NCBI RefSeq assembly: GCF_018350175.1
Contig: NC_058383.1
Span: forward strand, 6,760,001-6,824,000
Direction of reading: 5' to 3'
DNA length: 64,000 nt
From: Felis catus
Taxonomy: Eukaryota
Positions within the stretch are counted from its first letter, which is position 1. Every line of letters starts with the position of its first letter. Positions 12,297 through 25,799 of the stretch are shown one piece after another. Below the pieces are notes generated by a model. The model made no database searches. It was not told the origin of the DNA and saw nothing but the letters and a program-made list of their open reading frames with translations. The position numbers and the translations under genes were made by a program.

Positions 12297-12829
12297 TAGT
12301 GTTTTTTATATTCTTATGGCTCTAATACTCTGATGACAGTTAGAAGTAGCCATGAAAAATTGGACAGAAGTGCATAAGGCTGTACAGTTTGGGAACAGAA
12401 AGAGCATGCATTCAAAAGAAAACTGTGTTAGGGGTACATTCCACTAAAATAGGTATCTATGCAAGAACAATACTGCTAAGGAGAGATTTTATTTGTGTAT
12501 TTATTAAGGACCAAGAAGAAAGGCATAAAGCTTCCATGTGGCAAAAATCTTAGCATAACTGTTTCAGGCAACAAACCAAATAATGAGGTAAATTTTAAAT
12601 GTTATTTATTTATCCAAGGTTCTGTTTAAATTCAAGTTAGTTAACATATAGTGTAGTACTGGATTCAGTTAAATGTTATTTTTAAAGACCAAATTAAGTT
12701 AAAAATAAATCTAATTGGAGGACTGTAAAGGTTTAAATAGAATTAATCAAAAGGCTTTAATAAAATAATTTTAGATAGGGAAAATTTAAAGTAAATGCAT
12801 ATTTTTGAAAGCATAGAGTTTTGACTTTA

Positions 12830-13056
12830 TTTTTTTTTTTTAATTTTTTTTTTCAACGTTTATTTATTTTTGGGACAGAGAGAGACAGAACATGAGCAGG
12901 GGAGGGGCAGAGAGAGAGGGAGACACAGAATCGGAAACAGGCTCCAGGCTCTGAGCCATCAGCCCAGAGCCTGACGCGGGGCTCGAACTCACGGACCGCG
13001 GGATCGTGACCTGGCTGAAGTCGGACGCTTAACCGAGTGCGCCACCCAGGCGCCCC
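12830..13056 (-). mobile_element. Young Felidae Can-SINE
   Basis: Near-consensus, CpG-rich; perfect 16-bp TSD TAGAGTTTTGACTTTA at 12814-12829 and 13057-13072. Confidence 0.95.
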
Positions 13057-13396
13057 TAGAGTTTTGACTTTAAAATTTAGGCAAAGGCATTCAGATCAAT
13101 GACAAGAAAACCTGCCTTCATGCTTCCTGTGACCTTTAAAATGGTAGATTTGGAAAGAATGTAAATTGTGAAATCAGACTTGGGTTTATCTTCCCAACTG
13201 TGATATATTGAACAAATTATTTAAACTGATAATGATTATCTTCATCTATAAAACATGAAAAATAACGTATGCCTTTCTGGGTTTGTGCCAGGGATTAAAT
13301 TAGATTAAATTACGTGTGTAAGTACCTGGCTAATAGTTACTTAAATGCTTTTTTGGAAAGGACTGCAAGTGATATGAGATATAGACCAGATTTTTA

Positions 13397-13615
13397 TATA
13401 TTTTTTTATTTAACGTTTATTTATTATTGAGAGACAGAGAGAGACAGAGCATGAGCAGGGGAGGGGCAGAGAGAGGAAGAGATGCAGAATCCGAAGCAGG
13501 CTCCAGGCTCTGTGCAGTCAGCACAGAGCCCGACGTGGGCTCGAACTCATAAACCGTGAGATCATGATCTGAGCCGAAGTCAGATGCTTAACCGACTGAG
13601 CCATCCAGGTGCCCC
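13397..13615 (-). mobile_element. Can-SINE
   Basis: 16-bp TSD ATAGACCAGATTTTTA at 13381-13396 and 13616-13631. Confidence 0.93.
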
Positions 13616-14359
13616 ATAGACCAGATTTTTAAATACAAACAAATTTCAGGAGCGTGTTTGAATTATTTCTTGATAGGGGAATTTCCTCAAATTGAATATT
13701 GCTCATACTGTTGCCAAGGAGTTAGGATTTTTATTATAAGGAGAGTTTTATTTCTTTGACATTAAGTGATCTTTTTAGTTTCCTTTTAATTGGAACATCC
13801 ACGACTCCAAATCTGTTGGATCTTGGCTCTCCATGTATTATTCTAATAACTTTCTCTGTTATTTTTATTGTTTTCACCCTTTACTCCATCGTCAACGTGT
13901 TGGTCCTCTGTTCTCTTTCTGTACGAATTTTGGAGGAAGGGTTTCATTCATAGTCATTGTTTTTTTACTAGTAGATTATGTAAAAGCCAGGCTCTGAAAT
14001 AAGACTGGCTTTGAGCCCTAGCTTCGCCTGTCATTGTGACCTTGGGCAAGTTACTTAACCTCTCAGTCTTCATTTTTTATTTGGGAAATGGGTATGACAA
14101 TAGTTTCTACTTTGTAAAGGTAGGATGAGTATTAAGTTAGTGAAAATTTGTAAAGTTCTTTGTGTGGTACTTTGCACCTACGAAATGAGCAGTAAACCTT
14201 AGCTTAATATTTTAATGATACTGATGATACAGGTGACTTTAAGTCTATTTCAAACCCTGTTCTCTCATCTAAACTGTGGTCTTGTATTTCTAATTGCCCA
14301 GCAGGCATTTTCTTTTATACCTGACTGCATTACATTGGACACAGTCTAAAATCAAATCC

Positions 14360-14770
14360 TTCTGGGTGGCTCAGTCAGTTAAGTATCTGACTTTGGCTGA
14401 GGTTGTGATCTCACGGTTTGTGAGTTCAAGCCCTTCATCGGGCTGTCTGCTGTCAGTGCAGAACCCTCTTCAGATCTTCTGCCCACTTCCCCATCCCTCC
14501 CCCATTCATGCTCATGCTCTCTCTCAAAAATAAATAAACATTAAAAAAAAGTTAAACAATCAGGGGTGCCTGGGTGGCTCAGTTGGTTAAGCATCCGACT
14601 TCGGCTCAGGTCATGATCTCAGGTTCGTGCGTTCGAGCCCTGTGTTGGGCTCTGTGCTGACAGCTCAGAGCCTGGACTGTGGTTTGGATTCTGTGTCTCC
14701 CTCTCTCTCTGCCCCTCCCCTGCTCACACTCTCTCTCAAAAATAAACATTAAACACTTTTTTTTTTAATA
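14360..14770 (+). mobile_element. Two head-to-tail Can-SINEs
   Basis: Two CTGGGTGGCTCAGT heads, each followed by a CT tract and A-tail. Confidence 0.88.
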
Positions 14771-16288
14771 AAACCCTTTTTTCCACATTGTTGTGTGTAG
14801 GTGACGTAGGTGTATAGAGTAAATAACCAAAATTTGCTTCAGTTATCAAATACTTAGAAACACCTTAGTTAATACTGAGTTAAAGTTGCAAATTATGTTG
14901 TCAGAATTCTGAGCAAAATATTTGCTGCTTCATGCCACACTAACTTTTTAATTTGAAAAATTATTTCATTTGGTATGGAGGACCTTAACTAAATAAGCAT
15001 CCAAAAGGGGAATAGACTATTAATGCTCAGCAGGAATTCAGAAACTTAGTAAAGCCTTTCTTGTATCTGTTCTCATCTGCCTGCTCATAGGCTCTCACAT
15101 GGAATCTCAAGAAGACAGCTGTTGGTTTGTAATATTTTCCAGGCCCAGTGCCCTTTTAGAAACACTGGTTACCTGTTACATGTTAACACTAGGACACAAA
15201 ATTGGCATTCAATAAGTAGCTTTTAAGTAAATGAGTCAAAAGAAATGCAAGATAGAAGATATATTGTCACTGCTAATGAGAGTTTATAAATAAAGTAGGG
15301 ATGATAATTCCTGAAACCAATTAAATAAAAGTCCATAAACTACATTTTATAGTGACATGTCAGGATAAGAGAACAATAACAAATTGTGTAGATATTCAGT
15401 AAGTGGAGAGGAAGGCTTTTGGATTTGAGGGGCTTGAGCTAGACCACCTCGTATGTGTGCCACAAGAAGCTTTCTGGGCTGAACATGTATAAAAACTGCC
15501 CCTTTAGTACTATAATAGTTCTGCCCCTCAGGATCAGACTGCTTCTTGCTTTTACTTTGAAAGAGATTAGATCCTAGCAATTCATTATATAAGCCAGAAA
15601 AAGACCGTTTTTATGTGGAAGTGCACTTTTATTGCATTCTTCTTTATACCGCATTATAGTTAGTTTGTATCTGTCTCTAGGTACTTTGCTTATAGGAGAC
15701 ACCCCATAGATGTTTGTCGAATAAACAAGAGTGTAAGCTCCTAACGGATAAGAATGTGTTATTTTTTTGTTTCCTCATGTGCCCTGAAGCAAATTGAGAT
15801 TGGTTCTTAGAGCATTTATTCAGTCTTCACTGATTCTGTTGCTGCAGTTTAGCACACCACATAATAGATGCTTGAGTATTCACTTTCTTCCAGTCCAGCA
15901 GAGTTATATTTTGATGACTTCCCTTTTGACCAGGTCTCATATTTGTAGACCAGGTCTAATACAAAGGTTGATCTATAGGCAACAGCTAAAGAGTGAAAAT
16001 GATCACTTCTGTGAAAACACATAAACACCCTTGCACAGATTCCCTTGTCTGAGTACTATTTAAATGAAAACCTCTCCCAAAGTCATCAACTTGCCCTGTA
16101 ATACACCCGTTTCTGGAGCACCAATAGGAGATCCTTGTAGAGGATCTTTGCCCTTCTCACTCTCCAGGCCTTCCCTACTGTCTTCTGAGAATTTACTTTC
16201 TCTCCATTAGCCATTAGTTAAGAGAAAAAGTGGCTGGTGTAGTATCTGGGGATAAATTGCCACATCCCATTTCCTTCTCTATGAGCAG

Positions 16289-16393
16289 GATTTCCATTTC
16301 CCAAGCCTGATGGGATCTCCCAGCTGGAACAAGATCTACAGGTCTTTGATCTGGAAACTAAGAATAGAGAAGTCTTAAGAGATGACTGCTCAG
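16289..16393 (+). CDS. ZNF655: ZNF655 KRAB-B-like cassette exon (GFPFPKPDGISQLEQDLQVFDLETKNREVLRDDCS)
   Basis: GAGCAG acceptor, 105 nt, phase 1-1, CAG|GTGAGT donor; KPD..SQLEQ is the KRAB-B signature. Confidence 0.87.
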
Positions 16394-16939
16394 GTGAGTA
16401 AGGTAGAATCAATCAGATGGAATTAGTAGGGAAATAAGAGTTCAGTTGTGGAGCCAAGTTGTAGCTGCTTTGGCAATCAGAATGAAGAGCTCGGCCTGTA
16501 TACCAGATGGAGAGAGCTCCTTCCTTTTCCCTTCAGTTTTGATGACTTCTTTGCATTTATTTTATCCCTTGTCATCCACAAGTTGTACTGGGTCCCTACT
16601 CAAGTTGCTTATCTATAATTCTTTTTGAACTATTTCCCTGCTATCTCCTTTGAAACACCTTAATTGACTACCTTCTTGCTCTGCTGAAAACCCTGTTTGC
16701 ACCATACCCTGAACCATTTCATTTGGATACTACATCACTGCTCTTAGTCATGCCCTTATATCTGCTGTTGAGATTCTGTACCAGTACTTCTGAGTAAATA
16801 AACTTCTCTCATTTTAGTAGATTTTAGATTAGTTTTCTCATCTCTGAGGGGTTTTTTTTTTGTTGTTGTTGTTTGTTTGTTTTCCCCTAAGCATAGGGTA
16901 CAGATTACATTTGCATTTTCTATTTATATATTGAATCAG

Positions 16940-18333
16940 ATGGAGAGACCAGAGAAGAGAACAAGCTGTTGATTCCTAAGCAGGAAATTTTGGAAGAAGT
17001 ACATTCATACAAAGTGAGAGTAGGAAGACTCAAAAAGGATATTGCCCAAGTTCCTGGGACTAGAGAAATGTCTAAACCTGAGGACAGATTAGAAAGGCTT
17101 CAGGAAATCCTAAGGAAATTTCTCTTCCTGGAGAGAGAGTTTAGGCAAATAACAATCAGCAAGAAAACCTTCACCAGTGAGAACAATGAATGTAATGAAC
17201 CTGAAAAAAGCTTCAGTCTGGACTCTACCCTTGATACAGATCAGAGAGTTCTTAGAATACAGAATATTGATGACATTGATAAGTATGATATGGGCGTAAA
17301 CCAGAATTCAGCTGCTGGTAAACATGAACAAATAAATCTAATACAGGATGTTCAGAGTAGTGAATATAAGGAAAGCTTAATGGATCTCTCCCACCTTAGT
17401 AAATGTGAGAGCATTTCTGCCACTGAGAAATCCTATAAATGTGATACATGTGAGAAAGTCTTCCATCAGAGCTCTGCCCTTTCTAGACATCAGAGAATTC
17501 ATACCAGAGAGAAACCCTACAAATGTAAAGAATGTGAAAAATCTTTCAGTCAGAGTTCAAGTCTTAGTCGACATAAAAGAATACACACTAGAGAAAAGCC
17601 CTATAAATGTGAACCATCTGATAAATCCTGTGAAGCATCTGATAAATCCTGTAGTCAGAGCTCAGACATAACTCCACATAAGAGGATTCACACTAGAGCA
17701 AAATCTTATAAATGTAGTAATTGTGAAAGGGTCTTCAGTCGTAGTATACATCTTACTCAACATCAGAAAATTCACAGAGAGATGCCCTGTAAGTGTACTA
17801 TATGTGGCAGTGACTTCTATAATACCTCATACCTTGTTGAACATCAGAAAGTCCACTGTGAAGAGAAAGCCTATGAATACAATGATTGTGGGTTGACCTT
17901 TGTTAAACATCAAGGAAGTCATCTCAGAGAAAAGCCCTATACGTGTAATGAATGTGGAAAAGACTTCAGATTGAGTTCCCATCTTATTCAGCATCAAAGA
18001 ATTCACACAGGAGAGAAACCACACAAATGTAATGAATGTGGAAAAGCTTTCAGTCAAACTTCATGCCTTATTCAGCATCACAAAATTCATGGGAAAGAGA
18101 AATCCTATGAGTGTAATGATTATGAGGAAAGTTTCAATCATAGCTCAGATCTTGTTCTTCAACAAGAAGTCCTCTCTAGAGAAAAGGCCTTTGATTGTGA
18201 TGCATGGGAAAAGAACCTCAGTCAGAGAGCACACCTTGTTCAACATCCAAGAATTCATACCAAAGAGAAACCTTATGAATGTGATGAACGTGGGAAGACC
18301 TTCAGTCAAATTCAGGCCTCCTTCAATATCTGA
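16940..18333 (+). CDS. ZNF655: ZNF655 terminal zinc-finger exon (DGETREENKLLIPKQ...; 6 canonical C2H2 fingers plus several degenerate ones)
   Basis: AATCAG acceptor, phase 1; contains track ORF 16969-18333; with exon 7053-7188 gives 1530 nt = 509 aa. Confidence 0.95.
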
Positions 18334-20610
18334 GAGTTCATACCAGGGAGAAATCATATATGTGGTGAAGCCTTCAGTCACAGCTCAACCTTTATTCATC
18401 AGAGAATCCGCACCAGAGAGAAACTGTCTGAATGTGATGAATGTAGGAAAACTTCATCAACATCTGCAAACCCATACCAATGAGAAATCCTACCAATATA
18501 TTGAATGTGGTAAATGCTTCATGCTGTTTTCATACCTTAGTCACCATTGGAGAATTCATACTGGAATAAAATTCTGCCACTGTAATGAATGTGAAATAGC
18601 CTTCAAAGAAACTACCTTGTTCAGCATCAAATTCATTCCATGCAGAAAGCCTATGAATGTAATAAACATATGCACATGGGAAGATTCAGTCATATTCTAC
18701 CCCTCATTCAACATCATTCCATACCCAGGAGAGGCCATTCAAGTGTAGTAAATATGACAAATCTTTCAGTGAGAGTTCAAGTTTTTTTTTTTGTTTTTTT
18801 TTTTTTTATCCTTAGAAAGTCCAGACTAGAATCTAATCTAATGCAAATGGAAAATTTTACCATATTTCAGGCTTTACTCCACATCAAAATACTGGAGTGA
18901 AAATTTTATATAAAATTTTAATATATAGCCCTGATCTTTTTCATTGCAGAAGAATATAGTCTGAGAAGTGACTTGGTGAATGCAGTGCTGTTTCCTCACG
19001 GCATTCTTTTATTTAATAGGTGGTGTATGTAGATATATAAACTTTATTTATGGAACTCACTTAAGCTATTTTTAAAAATATGGCCTATAAATAATTTTAT
19101 TTTTCCTCAAATTGGTTCCTGTTATAGCTTCTCTAAGATATTGTTAATACACCAATGTACAAACATACTAACTTCTGGAAAGTAGCTCGTTTAGCTTTTT
19201 CTGCTGTCCTCAGCCCAAGATTTTTTCAAAACAGACTCTTAGGTCTGCTGTTTCCTGAGCATCCTACTTCCTATTCCTTTCCAGCCACAACACTTGGATT
19301 CCTGTTGATTTCTCCATTCTCTTAGCACCTTCAAATGATGGTTTTCTAGTGTTAAGCTTTTCACCAGCAGGTATACCGTCCCTACTTGATGTTGCTGTCT
19401 TCTTTCCTAAAGTTGAAGCATCTTCCTTTAAAAAGAATTGGATTTCCACGTCCTGTCCATCCAAGAGTTTGAAGGATTCTATCTCCCATGTATTTGGGGC
19501 AGGCAGCTAATAAATACTTTCAAATGACACCCACATTCTTAGCTGCCTTGTCTGCATCCACGGCCCTCTAATAAGAGATAAGAACATCAGGGAGCCAACA
19601 ACACGCCTGGTGGTCTAGCTGCATTCATTCAGCGCCTAATCTGCATGGTGAAGTTTAGAACTATCTTAATATACTTCTGTTGAAGGCCAGCAAAATGCTC
19701 AGGTCTGCTTTTGATAGAGCAAAATATAAAGAACCTATACAAAAAAGTCTGAGAACTTCATAAGGGAATGCAACTTTTCAAAAAAGATATTGCTGCTCTT
19801 AGGTAATATCTCTAGAGAGAGTATTTCAAGAGAGTGTCAGGTCTGTTCCTGGTAAAATTTTAATTACTACGCTTGGTTCTTTATCTGTTTGAATTTTTGC
19901 CCCCCAGTCTCCCTCATCAATGCAAGACAGTATTTGAAGTGTGGGAGCTTTGTGTATAATTGTTTATTCATCATCACGTTTTCTGTATTATACCAGAGTC
20001 CACAGACCATATAAAAGAACTTGGGTTTTTTGATCACAGATGTTGGGATGTCCAGAGTTCAGGGTCACTGTTAACACTTCGCCAAGAATTCATGATTCTT
20101 TAGGTGATGTCAAAGCATTTTATTATATTTTGTTATATGTTTCCATCTTAAGCTTCATAACATTTTGTGAATTAGACAAGTGTTATTTAACATTCTTTTT
20201 GTCATTCCAGCAAGTGAGGCCTTTGTGATTCAGATGTTACAATATTCACTAGAGATCCTCAACAAATATATAAAAATCTATTGCTTATTCTATTAGCCTC
20301 TTATGGCTAACCTCTAGGATAGTTCTACGACTATATTTTGCCGCTTAGCCATCAGCAAGCATAGGATCTTATCAGGGCAAAGTAGAGAACTAAATGAATT
20401 GATTTAAATGTAAAAGCAAATGAAAATGCATGTTACTTTCCTTGTCTATGAATGTGTATCCCTTTATGTACAGAGACCAGTGGTCACTTCTGTTAATTAT
20501 GAAACAGATTAATCCCTAAATAGCAGAATATGTAAAAAATCACATGTATGCAATTGGTTTAGGAATGTGCTTTTGTACTTCCACTTGAATAAAGGTGTGT
20601 TTGATACTCA
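18334..20610 (+). other. ZNF655: ZNF655 3' UTR with decayed zinc-finger repeats (to about 18780) and candidate polyA signal AATAAA at 20588-20593
   Basis: Out-of-frame HTNEKSY/ECGKCF/HWRIHTG remnants; AATAAA followed by GT-rich sequence; the 3' end is inferred. Confidence 0.6.
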
Positions 20611-23489
20611 GAATCTGTTTCAAAAATATCTAAAGGCCTCAGCCAGAAGCATTTGAAAATCTTGGAGTCACCTTCCTGGCTGCAACTCACTTCCTTCCAG
20701 AAACCTGCTTCACAACAAGAGTGGATCACTCTCCTTCATACTGATACAAAGCTTGCTCTTCCACAGACTTCTGGAACAAAGTCTGAATGTTTAGGGTCTT
20801 AAAGGTTTTTCGATTGGGATGTTGTTGGCACATAAATAGATTGAGGTTTCAGAGAGCTAGGCAGAATAAGTAAAACGTTTAAAAAATGAGAAACCAAAAT
20901 AATTCTCAAGGAGAATTAACTTGTCTGTTTAAGCTTGCAATATTTAATCAGTCCAGTATGAGTTTGTGTTCTTATTCTTTTAATCTTGAAGACTGGGGAA
21001 GGAAGAGACAAAATCTAATAGTTAAGGTACATCTAATTTTATCTGTCTTCCATCTGTCCATCTACCTACATGTATGTGTATGTGCATTCATATTCCAACT
21101 TAACTGTCACAACAACTCTGCAAGGGAACTAGCTCTGTATTCCAGAGGAACTGAGGTATAGAGAGGTTGAAGAACCTGCTAGGTTCGGTCAGCAAGTTAA
21201 TGGCTCAAAGGCCTGACACCCAAGCTTCCCATCATCATGATGTTGGTATTGGACATCCCAGAACCTGGAGAAGTTTTCTTTGGTAGCTTTTCATTCCCTG
21301 TTACATCCTCAGTGATTGACTATTACCAGTTTGCAGTTGATCCTGAATGCTTCCAGAGCTGTCTGGGATACTAGGAGACAGTACCTTTGGGGAGCTAGTC
21401 AGAGACCCTGCTCCCTGAAACAGGCTTAGATAGTTTTGACAATGACAGGCCACAGGTCAGAGCTCCCAAATTCTTACCTCCTGTCAAGGTACCTCCACGC
21501 CCATTACTAGATTTATATTTACACTTCTCAGTGCCCAGAATATGCTTTTTATCCTGCTAACTGGAATTTGCTGATTGATAGACTTGTATTCTTAGGTTTA
21601 CTATCACTTCTGGTTAAATTATAGCAGTGGAGTAAAGTGGGTAATGGGAAAATCAAGTTTGATTCCTAGGTTTTTGGCTTGAGCAAAAGAGTGAATAGAG
21701 GTAGACTAGACAGATGGAGACCACTGGAAGATGAAGGAGCAAGGGGAGGATTTCAGGCAAAAGAGAGCATGTTGGAAGGGTTTCAGATGAAGAAGTATGG
21801 CATCTTTGAGGTAATGACGCTCTCTGGAGTAATGTCTCACCCTAGGAAGTGGGATGTAGGCAACTGAGGAAATTTGAGAATGAAGTTCCAAAGAGGCCCC
21901 TGAGGTATCATAACTGCAAAGCACAATGGGATTCCCACATCTGAAAATGTAATCTCAACGATTCTTTTCATTCATTCAGTAATACTATTGCCAGGTGCTA
22001 GGATATTCAGTAGTAGTAGCCTGTGGGTACAGTTAACATACAGGAATCAAACCATTAAACAATGAAGACTAAAGCAGATTAGTTACCAAAGCAATGGCTT
22101 TGGAATTAGACTTACCTATGTACTTTGCTGTTTACTAGCTGTGTGACTTTGGAAATTTTACTTAGCCTCTCTAGTTTCTTCGTCTGTACAATGGTTAACA
22201 GCATGAAAATTAAATAAGATAATGTAAAAGGTACTGGTCATATGTTAAGTGCCAAAAAATTACTATAAACACCAATATAAAAACCAGTGAACATATAAGT
22301 GTTTGGCATAAAATCGAAAAAAGGGAACTAAGGAGCAAGTAGTTAGCAGTGCAGGACTAGCATTGTCCAGGGGAGTACCCTGGATTTGGAGAGCTTAAAT
22401 ATGAACTTGAGAGACCATCAGGAATCCTAGACTGGTAGGAATTGCCTCCCCTTAGGCACTCCTTACTGGAGTCATCAAACTGTGACATCTGTCTCTTTTT
22501 GCTAACATTTGTATCCTAATGGTATCACATCTTACACTCCCTTCAAAAATTCAAGTGCATGGAGGAATGAGTATTTAATCCCAGACTGGAAGGATGATTT
22601 CAAGCAGATGGTGCACTGTACAAGTCAAAGAAATACTGGAATTTTTCATTTTGCTGATGGATCTCATTCACTCTTCACTTTTAGAAAATGGTTAACCTCT
22701 TATATTTGTATTCCATCCATGTTTATAAATTTACAAGTTGGGCATAATGACAGTGTCTGTCTTTCTTTCCTGCACTTGCTCATTTACAAATCTCCACTCC
22801 ATCTAACCATTGTCCTTCCTGGGCGCAGTTTGACTCGACGCTTTGGTTTGAACGGGCCAGGGTTCTAAATGCTGCCTTTACTTGCTTACTGAGTCTGCAG
22901 TTTCTGGCACTAAAATTACAAAAAGTACGAACTTCATGGGATTGTCGTGAAGATTAATGAGATTAGGTCAGTTTAAGTACTCCATAGCTGGTAACTGCTA
23001 TTTCGGAGTTTAGCAGGAAACTCCCCTTATCATGAACAAATTTCCCTAACATTTTTACTGTTTCAACATGTCAAATATGCCCCTGGCAAACTCCGGGCAC
23101 TGTAAGCTCTTTGAATCTTGACCCTATTTCTAAGGCTTTTCTTCCTCTTTTAGCCCATTGGTACAGATACGTCCTGCTTACTTATACACTCGAGGCGCAA
23201 TTGGGAGGCGCTGGGAGTAGTGAAGGGGGAACACTGGTCAAGTTGAAGCCACAAAGGGAAAGGACTGGCTGGACTGCGGGCATAGATATGAAATTCGGGC
23301 CCCGCAGGGTCCCCGACTTGTGATTTGGAAGAAGAGAGAGAGGTGAAGATGGGTGGTAAAACGGCAAGGGTCAAGGGAGGAGGCAAATGGTGTGCACACG
23401 GGACAGTAGCGATGAGAAGGAAACCAATTTAGACCCTAGGTCCACTTGGGCAATGAAAGGACATTGCCCAGCCTCTCTCAATCCCTCCT

Positions 23490-24150
23490 TGGAGAAAGAC
23501 GAACGCCAAAGGAGGCCCCATCTTCACACCGCTCCCGAGTCCGGCTCCTCAGCGGCCCTGGAGAACCCACGATCGAGAGGAGACCTCCGAGCTGCCTAGA
23601 CGGGACCCGGAAGTGCGCGCCGGGGAGCCCGAGTTTCCAGCCCTGCCCCGGGGGCCGAGGTGGCCGTCTTTGCGGAGCGGCTGCGCGAGTGAGTGTCGGG
23701 GCTACGGGCCGGGGCTCCGGGTCTGCGCCGTGGCTGGGGGCAGCTCGGACTGCGGCGGGGGGCTCGGGCCGAAGGGATGCCCGTGGTGCGGGGTTGGGGC
23801 CTCAGGCCTGGCCGCGCCCCCGCGCAGGGGCCCAGCCGGCCCGGGGAGAGTGAATTGGGAGCCTCTCCGGGGAAACCTGCCGTTTTCCCTGCATCTGCCC
23901 TCTTCTCCCTCCCTTTTCTGAAGTGACTGCCCGTCCGTTGTGTCGCGCTCTGAAGACATTTTAGGGGAAGTCTTGGCCTTGGAGCAGCACCAGGGATTGG
24001 ACCCAGCCCATGGAGAAGCTGCCTGAGCAGATGTCCCCGGAGTCCCTGTGCCCATCCTCCGAGCAGGAGCCTCGAAAGAGCAAGGGTGAGGAGCTGACCT
24101 AGCTGGCTTTCTTTGTCTAAACTTAGTCCTTCCGACCCGCGGCCTCAGAT
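23490..24150 (+). promoter_or_regulatory. CpG-island promoter of a ZNF655-like paralogue; exon 1 donor after 23688; exon 2 at 23924-24085
   Basis: CpG-rich; CCGGAAGTG at 23607-23615; donor CGA|GTGAGT; polypyrimidine tract + AAG acceptor at 23923; ATG at 24010; phase-1 donor G|GTGAGG. Confidence 0.7.
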
Positions 24151-24873
24151 CAGATGGACACGATTGTCCTGTGAAAAACTACTGCTTTTTTTCTTTTTAA
24201 CCAGAGGCTCTATTACCTGTAAATAAAGCCTGTAACCAACGTTTTCTCTCTGTGTGGAGCAGATCTGCCGCAGCAGCACTATCCTAGCATAAGTCTTGGA
24301 GGATCTGTCATTCCAGCACCTGCTAACTTGCTTGGCCTTTGGAGAAGCTCACTAAATGTGTGAATAAAGAAATGAATGAACCCAGCCAAGTATGTCCCAT
24401 ACTGCAAATAACCAGTTAAGGAGCGGGCTCCTCCACTCATTCTACCCAAGCTCTCCTTCATCGTTAGGGAAAATACATTTACCACCCGAGGTATAAACTC
24501 CAAGAGGGTGCCTTTCCTGTGGAGTACAGTAGATAAGACAGCCACTTGCTGATGGAAAATGAGGTTAAGCTATAGGTATTAACATTTTTATTTCAATCTG
24601 CTATCCCCTCATTATCTGGTGTATGTCTGGCTATTAAAAAAATGGATATGGATGATTTAATTGGGAGACATAGACTTAGATAATCCACATCAGGGGCTCT
24701 GAGATGGCTTATGTTTGGGGAGATTTTCTTTTACAGATTTATGTGTAAAAACTATGTTTTCGGGCTAATTTTTAATTTGGCGAGTATTTATTGAGCTTTT
24801 ATTGTGAGGTGTTGAGACTAAGTTGAAAGAAAACCCAACCCCTGTTCACCCACAAACTTAAGAGTTGAGTTAG

Positions 24874-25095
24874 GGGGCACCTGGGTGGCTCAGTCGGTTA
24901 AGCGTCCGACTTCAGCTCAGGTCACGATCTCACGGTCCATGAGTTCGAGCCCCGCGTCGGGCTCTGGGCTGACAGCTCAGAGCCTGGAGCCTGTTTCCGA
25001 TTCTGTGTCTCCCTCTCTCTCTGCCCCTCCCCCGTTCATGCTCTGTCTCTCTCTGTCTCAAAAATAAATAAACGTTTAAAAAAATTAAAAAAAAA
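24874..25095 (+). mobile_element. Young Felidae Can-SINE
   Basis: 14-bp TSD AAGAGTTGAGTTAG at 24860-24873 and 25096-25109. Confidence 0.93.
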
Positions 25096-25799
25096 AAGAG
25101 TTGAGTTAGAATAGTTAACTGAGAGGCTGTGGGTTAGTAAACAAGGTAGAAATTCACAAGGGACATCCCTGGGAACTGGGTATTGGCCCAGGAAACCTTA
25201 GAAAGTCACAGGTTTGGCCTGGAAAGAATTTAAAGTTCAAGGAATCAAATTTTAGATGAGAGAGGATAGACACCACAGGCTCCCTGTTGTTAGTCTTTCT
25301 AAAAGGCCAAGTACCTGTACTCACCTTATTAAAACACTCATTTACTCCTGTTAGTTCACAGCGCCCACTGCATCCAGTCCATACTCCATAACTTGGCATT
25401 CAAGGCGCTCTGCAGGGTGGCCTCAACTCAACTTGAGAGTCTTTCCTTAGTGTTCCCCAAAATAAACCGAGCAAGACTGGTATGTCTACACAAGGTAATA
25501 CTGAAGACACTTTGCACTATCTACTGTTGTGCCTCTGTGTCTTTTTCTTAATGCATTGCTGTCCACTACATTCTCTGCCTATCCAAACGCCACTCATCCC
25601 AGCGTCCCATGCAAGACAGCCTCCTCCATGAAGTTTCTGAAATAAACAGTTGTAAGCGACATTTACATGAAAACCTGCAGGACTTGGTGGCTGATTGAGC
25701 ATTAGGGGGAAACTGGGTATAATTGCCTTTGTTCCCTTCACTGTCATACCTCTTAAAAAAAAATCTTCATGAGTTGCTATCATCTTTGGAATGCAGGGT

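Noticed and set aside
17440..18300. 84-bp periodicity resembling a repeat-spacer array
   Set aside because: It is the 28-codon C2H2 finger repeat; no CRISPR-like structure is present.
24874..24960. tRNA-like A and B boxes (TGGCTCAGTCGG, GAGTTCGAGCC)
   Set aside because: These are tRNA-derived SINE heads followed by a CT tract, A-tail and TSD, not tRNA genes.
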